This document shows positions 7,001 to 12,223 of a stretch of DNA of 12,223 nucleotides, one piece after another. The DNA comes from Thermoflexales bacterium. GTDB lineage: Bacteria; Chloroflexota; Anaerolineae; Fen-1058. The stretch covers positions 1 through 12,223 of the forward strand of contig JAUQXC010000619.1 in NCBI GenBank assembly GCA_030834825.1, given 5' to 3'. The translations under genes and the position numbers were made by a program. The notes under the pieces were generated by a model. It saw only the letters and a list, made by a program, of their open reading frames with translations. It was not told the origin of the DNA and did no database searches. Each line of letters starts with the position of its first letter. Positions within the stretch are counted from its first letter, which is position 1.

Positions 7001-7030
7001 ACTATAGCATAAAGACCGCACGTTGACCAA
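7001..7030 (-). promoter_or_regulatory. Candidate sigma70-like promoter for the minus-strand cluster: -35 TTGGTC (7030..7025), 18-nt spacer, -10 TATAGT (7006..7001).
   Basis: The hexamers were read from the reverse complement of the only AT-richer intergenic stretch. The predicted TSS is around 6992-6995, so the transcript is leaderless or nearly so onto the ATG at 6989. Confidence 0.3.
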
Positions 7031-7043
7031 ACCTGGGTATAAT
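7023..7043 (+). promoter_or_regulatory. Candidate promoter elements for rlmD: a perfect TATAAT at 7038..7043, 7 nt before the ATG at 7051 (leaderless mRNA). TTGACC at 7023..7028 is too close (9-nt spacer) to act as its -35.
   Basis: TATAAT and TTGACC were read directly from the sequence. There is no SD before the ATG at 7051. Confidence 0.3.
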
Positions 7044-7050
7044 TCTCAGC

Positions 7051-8217
7051 ATGCCCTCTCCACTTGACCCGGCACGTGAAATCACCTTGCGCCTGGAAGC
7101 CATGACTTACGGCGGCGAGGCGCTGGGCCGTCTGGGTGGCAAGGCCATCTTCGTCTCAGGCGGTCTGCCTGGGGAGCAGGTTCGCATTGCCGTGGAAGAC
7201 GATCGCACGCGCTTTGCCCGTGCGCGGGTGATTGAGGTGATCGAGCCGTCTCCCGATCGGATTGCGCCGCGCTGCCCGCATTTCGGGTTTGACTCCACCG
7301 CGTGTGGCGGTTGTCACTGGCAGCACATCGACTATGCGGCCCAACTTCGTTTCAAGACGGCCATTGTGCGCGAGCAGTTGCAGCGGCTGGGTCATGTGCT
7401 TGAGCCTCCGGTGCGTGATACCCTCCCCAGCCCGGCGATCTGGCATTATCGCAATCACGCGCAATTTCACCTCACCAGAGAGGGCCAGCCTGGCTTTCAG
7501 GCAGCGCGCAGCCATCGGGTCGTTCCGCTTGAAGAGTGTCCGGTGATTGAGCCGGTGCTGGAAGACTGGTTGAAGTCGAACCGGCACAGCGTCAAGCGCG
7601 CCAGCCGCGCGAGTGTCCGGTCCGGTCATTCCTCCGATCGAACGAGCGGCGCGACGAGGTTTCAACTCAAGGACGCAACCTTGCGCGTGTCCGACGAGAG
7701 TTTCTTTCAGGTCAATACTTCCTTGATCGAAGGGTTGATCGATCAAGTCGTGATGAAGTTGGACCCGCAGCCACATGAGACGATCGTGGATGCTTATTGC
7801 GGGGTGGGCTTGTTCAGCCGTTTTCTCACCGCCCGGGCCGGACGGATAGTCGGCATTGAGTCGAGCGCCAGCGCGGTACACGATTTCCGAATGAATCTGG
7901 CGGGTTTTGATCAAGTTGAAGTGCGGCACGGTCCGGTCGAGAAGGTGTTGCCTCAGTTGGACATACCGATCGCAGCGGCGGTGTTTGATCCGCCCCGGGC
8001 CGGATGTGGGGCGCGCGTGATCGAAGCCATTGTCGCGCAGCGGATCGATCGGGTGGTCTACGTCAGCTGCGATCCGGCTACGCTGGCGCGTGACGTGCGG
8101 CAGTTGATCGACAGCGGTTACGCTCTGATCGAGGTACAGCCGCTCGATCTGTTTCCACACACGTATCATATCGAAACCATTACGTTGTTGCGCCGGGCCA
8201 ATCGGGCTATACTATGA
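7051..8217 (+). CDS. rlmD: 23S rRNA (uracil-C5)-methyltransferase, RlmD/RumA (TrmA) family, with an N-terminal TRAM domain and a [4Fe-4S] cluster.
   Basis: 388-aa ORF. TRAM-like N-terminus (GGEALGRLGGKAIFVSGGLPGEQVRIAV). Cys cluster CPHFGFDSTACGGCHWQH plus a distal Cys (EECPVIEP). FFQVN motif. SAM motif I VDAYCGVGLFSRFL. Motif IV FDPPRAG. C-terminal DLFPHTYHIETITLL. The symbol is given at family level; the exact target uridine is not determined. Confidence 0.88.
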   Translation: MPSPLDPAREITLRLEAMTYGGEALGRLGGKAIFVSGGLPGEQVRIAVEDDRTRFARARVIEVIEPSPDRIAPRCPHFGFDSTACGGCHWQHIDYAAQLRFKTAIVREQLQRLGHVLEPPVRDTLPSPAIWHYRNHAQFHLTREGQPGFQAARSHRVVPLEECPVIEPVLEDWLKSNRHSVKRASRASVRSGHSSDRTSGATRFQLKDATLRVSDESFFQVNTSLIEGLIDQVVMKLDPQPHETIVDAYCGVGLFSRFLTARAGRIVGIESSASAVHDFRMNLAGFDQVEVRHGPVEKVLPQLDIPIAAAVFDPPRAGCGARVIEAIVAQRIDRVVYVSCDPATLARDVRQLIDSGYALIEVQPLDLFPHTYHIETITLLRRANRAIL

Positions 8218-8219
8218 GC

Positions 8220-8223
8220 GGAG
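8220..8223 (+). promoter_or_regulatory. Shine-Dalgarno GGAG for the histidine kinase gene.
   Basis: GGAG lies 7 nt upstream of the ATG at 8231, in the 13-nt gap after the rlmD stop. Confidence 0.6.
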
Positions 8224-8230
8224 ATGGGGC

Positions 8231-10468
8231 ATGCTCAAATCGTATGCCGTCCGTTACGGGTTAAGCGCGCTGCTGTTGTCCCTGGCAGCGGCGTTCCTCT
8301 ACGCTGTTATTAAACTGATGGAAGTCGGCCGTGCGATCGCGCCGCGTGAGTTTTTCACCACGGTGGGGCCGGCATACTGGCTGGTGTTGACGCTGCTGCT
8401 GACTTTTGCCGCGTTGGCCTATGGTGCCGGCAAGCAGCGCGATCGGGCTGTGGCACTGGCGCGCGAGCGTGAAACATTAACCGGTATTTTGAGCACGTTG
8501 ATGCACGCGCCTGATCCCGATCTGGAGCAAAGTCTGCCGCGCGTGCTGCAACAGATCGCGGCCGTGGTGAGTGCGGAAGAGGCGGCGCTGTTGACGCTCG
8601 ATCACGAGCAGTGGGTGCTGCGTGCGGCAACTTCACAGACCTTGCCGGCCTTGTTGCAATTGCCCAAGGCACTCCCTTGGCCACCGGTGGATTCACGACA
8701 GATCATTGCCTGTGAGGCGCGACCGGAAGAATCTGTGGCTTTAACGTCGGCGGACCTACCCCGCGTCACCGCGTGTGTCGCCGTGTATTCTGAAGCGCAG
8801 CCACTGGGCTGGCTGGTGTTAGTGAAGCCACGAACTCAGGTGGCGCTGGGCGATGCGGCTGATTTGCTGATCACCCTGGCCGATCAGATTGGCGCTGCCT
8901 TAGCGCGTTCGCGGCAATATGCCCTGGTGCGCCGCCGCGCGCGCGACTTGGAAGCCATTACTCAGACAAATCGGCTGCTGTTGGCCGGTATGGGGCTGGA
9001 TGAGCTGCTGACGACCATCGTGAATTCAGCTCAGGTGCGCTTTGGGTTGCCCTATGTGACCGTCATGTGGATTGACGAGGTCGCAGGTGATTTCTATATA
9101 CGCGCACAGGCTGGCCCGTTAGTGGCGCTGGCTGTACCGAACTTTCGGCAGAAACTCACAACAGGATTGGCCGCGCAAGTGTTGCGCACGGGGCAGCCTT
9201 ATCTGGCGCGAGACACGCGACAAGAGCCGGACTACATTCCCGCGGTCAGCGCTGCCATTCGATCGCTGTTGTTGACGCCGCTGAAAACAGCCGAGCGGGT
9301 GATCGGTGTGATGACGTTTGAAAGTCTGGCCGTCGAGGCCTTCAGTGCTGAGGAAGTGTCGGCGTTGACGGCACTCACCGATCAGGCAGCCATTGCGGCC
9401 GAGAATGCCGCCCTGCTGATTGAGGCGCAGCGGGAGCGACAGCGGGCGAGTGCAATTTTGCATAGTGCGCGCGATGTGGTGGTGTTGATCGATACAGCCG
9501 ACCGCGTGCAGTTATTGAATCCGGCGGCCGAGCGGTTGTTGGGCGTCAGTGCAGCGACGGCGGTCGGCCGCCCGATCGAGCAGCTGCTGACCTTCCCGTC
9601 CGTGCTGGAGGCCTATCAGCGGCACACTCCCAACTCGGAAGAGCAGTCATTTGAAGCGCCGCTGGATAATGGGCAGACCTACCTGGTCACGATTACGATC
9701 GCGAAAGATGAAACAGGCGCGCATCTGGGGCGGGTGGTGATCATGCGTGACATCACTTATCTGAAGCGGCTGGATCAGTTCAAGTCGCAGATGGTACAGA
9801 TGACTTCACATGATCTGCGTACGCCGTTGGGAGTCGCCATCGGATATCTGGATCTCTTGAAAGACGACCTGCAACCGGCCACGCCGTTTCGTGAACGGGC
9901 CTTGCAGGGCCTGGAGGCTGCGCTGAACCGCATGCAGACGCTGGTCACCGAGTTGCTCGATTTGGAACGGGTGGAAGCGGGGACCGATCGTTTGCGAGTG
10001 CGGGTCGATGTGGGTAGTCTGGCGGCCGAGGCCGTGGCGGAGTTTGAAGAGATGGCCCAGACCCAGCAACAACAGGTGGACTTTACGCTGCCGCACGATC
10101 TGCCGTCGATTCGGGGCGATCCCGCCCGCTTGAAACAGGCCATCGGCAATCTGATCAACAACGCCGTGAAGTACACGCCGGACGGCGGGTCCATCTGGGT
10201 GCGCGTGCGGCCCGACGATCAGCGTGTTTTAATCGAAGTGCAGGACACAGGTTACGGTATTCCAGCGGCCGCGCAGGCGAAACTGTTTCAGCGTTTTTAT
10301 CGGGTCAGGATTCCCGGCGCAGAGAACATTGCAGGGACCGGACTTGGCCTGAGTCTGGTGAAGGCCATCGTGGAGCAGCATGGTGGACGTGTGTCTGCCG
10401 AGAGCGAGGAAGGCAAAGGCAGCACGTTTCGCATCTGGTTGCCAATGGCGGATGGTGAAAATGGCTAA
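8231..10468 (+). CDS. Membrane-anchored sensor histidine kinase: two TM helices, two GAF-like domains, a PAS domain, then HisKA and HATPase_c.
   Basis: 745-aa ORF. N-terminal TMs (LSALLLSLAAAFLYAVI; WLVLTLLLTFAALAYGA). The GAF-like stretch ends in VIGVMTFES. PAS: ILHSARDVVVLIDTADRVQLLNPAAERLLGVS...RDITYLK. H-box MTSHDLRTPLG (His at 9809..9811). N-box GNLINNAVKYT. G1/G2 DTGYGIP...GTGLGLSLVKAIVEQHGG. No receiver domain, and no response regulator gene in the window. Confidence 0.9.
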   Translation: MLKSYAVRYGLSALLLSLAAAFLYAVIKLMEVGRAIAPREFFTTVGPAYWLVLTLLLTFAALAYGAGKQRDRAVALARERETLTGILSTLMHAPDPDLEQSLPRVLQQIAAVVSAEEAALLTLDHEQWVLRAATSQTLPALLQLPKALPWPPVDSRQIIACEARPEESVALTSADLPRVTACVAVYSEAQPLGWLVLVKPRTQVALGDAADLLITLADQIGAALARSRQYALVRRRARDLEAITQTNRLLLAGMGLDELLTTIVNSAQVRFGLPYVTVMWIDEVAGDFYIRAQAGPLVALAVPNFRQKLTTGLAAQVLRTGQPYLARDTRQEPDYIPAVSAAIRSLLLTPLKTAERVIGVMTFESLAVEAFSAEEVSALTALTDQAAIAAENAALLIEAQRERQRASAILHSARDVVVLIDTADRVQLLNPAAERLLGVSAATAVGRPIEQLLTFPSVLEAYQRHTPNSEEQSFEAPLDNGQTYLVTITIAKDETGAHLGRVVIMRDITYLKRLDQFKSQMVQMTSHDLRTPLGVAIGYLDLLKDDLQPATPFRERALQGLEAALNRMQTLVTELLDLERVEAGTDRLRVRVDVGSLAAEAVAEFEEMAQTQQQQVDFTLPHDLPSIRGDPARLKQAIGNLINNAVKYTPDGGSIWVRVRPDDQRVLIEVQDTGYGIPAAAQAKLFQRFYRVRIPGAENIAGTGLGLSLVKAIVEQHGGRVSAESEEGKGSTFRIWLPMADGENG

Positions 10469-11837
10469 AGCAAAGACTTATACTCAGTTTGTCTGCCAGC
10501 AGTGTGGTTCCGTTCAGCTGAAGTGGATGGGGCGCTGTCCCGACTGCGGCGAGTGGAATTCGTTCGTCGAGGTGATCGAGGAACGTTCGAGCCAGAAGAG
10601 TCGCGCGGGCGGAGGACAGCCGCGGGCGACGCCCATCCGCTTGAGCGACGTGAAGACCGATGCGCTTGATCGCATCCCCATGGCGATGGAGGAATTCAGC
10701 CGCGTGTTGGGCGGCGGCATCGTGCCGGGCTGCCTGGTGTTGGTCAGCGGCGATCCGGGCATCGGCAAATCGACGCTGCTGATGCAGGTTGCCACGCAAG
10801 TCGCCGCCACCCATGGACCGGTGCTGTATGTGTCGGGCGAGGAGAGCGCCCAGCAGATCAAGATGCGGGCGCAACGCCTGGGTGATGATGGCCAACAACT
10901 GTATCTTTTGACGGAAACCGATCTGGATGAAATCAATCTTCACATTGCGAACCTGAAGCCGCGCCTGGCGATCATCGATTCGATTCAGACCATGACGGTG
11001 AGTGAACTCACTTCGGCAGCGGGATCGATCTCGCAGGTGCGCGAGTGCGCGGCGCGCTTGCAAGGCGTCGCCAAAGGGAGCGGGACGAGCGTGTTTATCG
11101 TGGGGCACGTGACCAAGTCGGGGTCGATCGCCGGCCCGAAGGTGCTGGAGCATATCGTCGATACGGTCCTGTATCTTGAGGGTGATCGCTTCCACACTTA
11201 TCGCTTGTTGCGCTCGACGAAGAATCGTTTTGGTGCGACCAACGAGGTGGGTGTCTTCGAGATGCGCGGCAGCGGCATGGCCGAGGTGCTGAATCCCAGC
11301 GAAGCGTTTCTGGCCGAACGTTTGCCCAATGCGCCTGGTTCGTCGATTGCCGTAACGATGGAAGGGACGCGTCCACTGCTGGTGGAAGTACAAGCCTTAT
11401 GCAGCACCAGCGCCTTTGGTTTGCCGCGCCGCACCGCAAACGGCCTGGACATGAATCGCTTGCTGCTGTTGACGGCCGTGTTGAGCAAGCGCGTGGGACT
11501 GAAGCTGGGCGATCAGGATGTTTTTGCCAATGTGATCGGTGGGCTGCACATCACCGAACCGGCGGCGGACTTAGCGATGGCCTGTTCCATTGCGTCGTCG
11601 ATGCGCGATGTGCCGGTCGCCGTCGATCTGGCGATCATCGGCGAGGTGGGGTTGAGCGGTGAACTACGTACCGTGGGGCAGTTGCCCGCCCGCTTGAACG
11701 AGGCGGCGAAGTTGGGCTTTGCCCGCGCGCTGATCCCCAAGACGCAGCGCGCGGCTGAACTGCCGCAGGATAAGATCGAGATTGTGATGGCGCGCAGTGT
11801 GAATGAGGCACTGACTCTTGCGCTAATGAAGAAGTGA
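10461..11837 (+). CDS. radA: DNA repair protein RadA/Sms.
   Basis: N-terminal C4 zinc finger CQQCGSVQLKWMGRCPDCGEWN. Walker A GDPGIGKST. Walker B LAIIDSIQ. RadA-specific KNRFG motif. Lon-protease-like C-terminal domain. The true start is taken as the ATG at 10461 (MAKAKTYTQF...), not the track's 10380. It overlaps the kinase stop by 8 nt (ATGGCTAA). Confidence 0.9.
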   Translation: MAKAKTYTQFVCQQCGSVQLKWMGRCPDCGEWNSFVEVIEERSSQKSRAGGGQPRATPIRLSDVKTDALDRIPMAMEEFSRVLGGGIVPGCLVLVSGDPGIGKSTLLMQVATQVAATHGPVLYVSGEESAQQIKMRAQRLGDDGQQLYLLTETDLDEINLHIANLKPRLAIIDSIQTMTVSELTSAAGSISQVRECAARLQGVAKGSGTSVFIVGHVTKSGSIAGPKVLEHIVDTVLYLEGDRFHTYRLLRSTKNRFGATNEVGVFEMRGSGMAEVLNPSEAFLAERLPNAPGSSIAVTMEGTRPLLVEVQALCSTSAFGLPRRTANGLDMNRLLLLTAVLSKRVGLKLGDQDVFANVIGGLHITEPAADLAMACSIASSMRDVPVAVDLAIIGEVGLSGELRTVGQLPARLNEAAKLGFARALIPKTQRAAELPQDKIEIVMARSVNEALTLALMKK

Positions 11838-11869
11838 GGCCATACCATCGTGCCACAGCACGATAACCT

Positions 11870-11908
11870 AACAGGCCGACCGGAGTATTGTTCTCCGGTC
11901 GGCCTGTT
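11870..11908. terminator. Perfect 16-bp inverted repeat (aacaggccgaccggag / ctccggtcggcctgtt) with a 7-nt loop (tattgtt). Probably a bidirectional transcription terminator between radA and the convergent downstream gene. It has no U-tract.
   Basis: The arms at 11870..11885 and 11893..11908 are exact reverse complements. The hairpin sits 33 nt after the radA stop and 29 nt before the stop of the minus-strand gene. Confidence 0.4.
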
Positions 11909-11936
11909 GGTCACTATCGCCTGATCTCACTATAAA

Positions 11937-12223
11937 CTACTGGCTAATGCCAATGTGGAGCGAGCCGCGTTGCAGGCCATTGGCTGGAACTTCACTGCCG
12001 CTGGACATCCACTTGAAATGGCTCAAGTAATTGAGTACGGCCTCGACGCCCGCGCCAACATCCCCTTTTGCTTGGCTCTCGAGCCAATCCCACAACGGCT
12101 GGAAATTCATGAAGAACGTATTCAACCGGTTGCTGGGCAGCAAGCTGGTAGCCTGCTTGAATAGATCACTGTTGGACAGCGGCGCTTGCTCAGCATTGTC
12201 AATTGAAAACAGCGTGTCGGAAT
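11937..12223 (-). CDS. Hypothetical protein, C-terminal ~95 codons; the gene enters from beyond the right window edge.
   Basis: The minus frame ending at the TAG (11937..11939) stays open to position 12223 when translated by hand (...SDTLFSIDNAEQAPLSNSDLFKQATSLLPSNRLNTFFMNF...). Its third-position GC is about 70%, against about 50% for the overlapping plus-strand ORF 11955..12164. The track's TTG-start 68-aa ORF is a truncation of this frame. Confidence 0.4.
   Translation of the reverse strand, partial: SDTLFSIDNAEQAPLSNSDLFKQATSLLPSNRLNTFFMNFQPLWDWLESQAKGDVGAGVEAVLNYLSHFKWMSSGSEVPANGLQRGSLHIGISQ

Noticed and set aside
7023-7028. TTGACC as the -35 for the rlmD TATAAT
   Set aside because: The spacer to TATAAT is only 9 nt, which is incompatible with a sigma70-type promoter. 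On the opposite strand the same bases contribute to the -35 (GACCAA / TTGGTC) of the cluster promoter.
7156-8169. 337-aa minus-strand ORF antisense to rlmD, and a similar 362-aa ORF (10305..11393) antisense to radA
   Set aside because: The sense strands encode unambiguous RlmD and RadA motifs. The antisense products are Arg-rich with no motifs, so they are GC-composition artefacts.
10380-10460. The track's upstream GTG start for radA (MVDVCLPRARKAKAARF...)
   Set aside because: RadA family proteins begin right at the C4 zinc finger. The ATG at 10461 gives the canonical N-terminus with an SD-like GGTGA upstream. The 27 extra codons would lie fully inside the kinase's HATPase domain coding region.
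11955-12164. 69-aa plus-strand ORF at the right edge
   Set aside because: Its third-position GC is about 50%, against about 70% for the overlapping minus frame, which stays open to the window end. The minus frame also terminates appropriately just downstream of the shared hairpin.
1-12223. Signs of horizontal acquisition (IS elements, integrase, tRNA, flanking direct repeats, compositional break) around the minus-strand cluster
   Set aside because: None seen. Composition and codon third-position bias look uniform by eye across the cluster and the housekeeping genes. This was not computed; a windowed GC or tetranucleotide scan would settle it.
1-12223. CRISPR arrays, tRNA/rRNA genes, riboswitch-like leaders
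   Set aside because: No direct-repeat/spacer periodicity and no cloverleaf-compatible segments were seen. The only sizeable intergenic stretches (7000..7050, 11838..11936) are accounted for by promoters and a hairpin.

Overview
This is a high-GC (~63-65%) bacterial chromosomal window, densely coding and probably from a Chloroflexi-like or other high-GC lineage. Nearly every frame is open, and many long antisense ORFs in the track are composition artefacts.

The minus strand (1..6999) carries one tightly packed, co-directional cluster of six genes with gaps of 5 nt or less, or overlaps:
- two paralogous SPFH/band-7 membrane proteins; one has an extracytoplasmic NBR1-like Ig domain between two TM helices
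- a 381-aa protein with a TPR-like helical N-terminus
- two paralogous STAND/AAA_16-like P-loop NTPases; the upstream one has a dead Walker A (GxxGAG-L-S, lysine replaced by Leu), and the downstream one has an intact Walker A (GVGSSGKS) plus a C-terminal OmpR/PhoB-type winged-helix DNA-binding domain
- a sixth gene that runs off the left edge of the window

I flag this cluster as a candidate uncharacterised membrane-to-DNA signalling or conflict module. This is an inference and has not been demonstrated.

A short AT-richer divergent promoter region (7000..7050) separates the cluster from a plus-strand housekeeping block:
- rlmD/rumA-family 23S rRNA m5U methyltransferase with TRAM and a 4Fe-4S cluster
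- an orphan GAF-GAF-PAS sensor histidine kinase
- radA/sms, overlapping the kinase stop by 8 nt

A perfect 16-bp hairpin follows radA. A partial convergent minus-strand gene occupies the right edge.

No tRNA, rRNA, CRISPR, IS element or obvious repeat family was seen.
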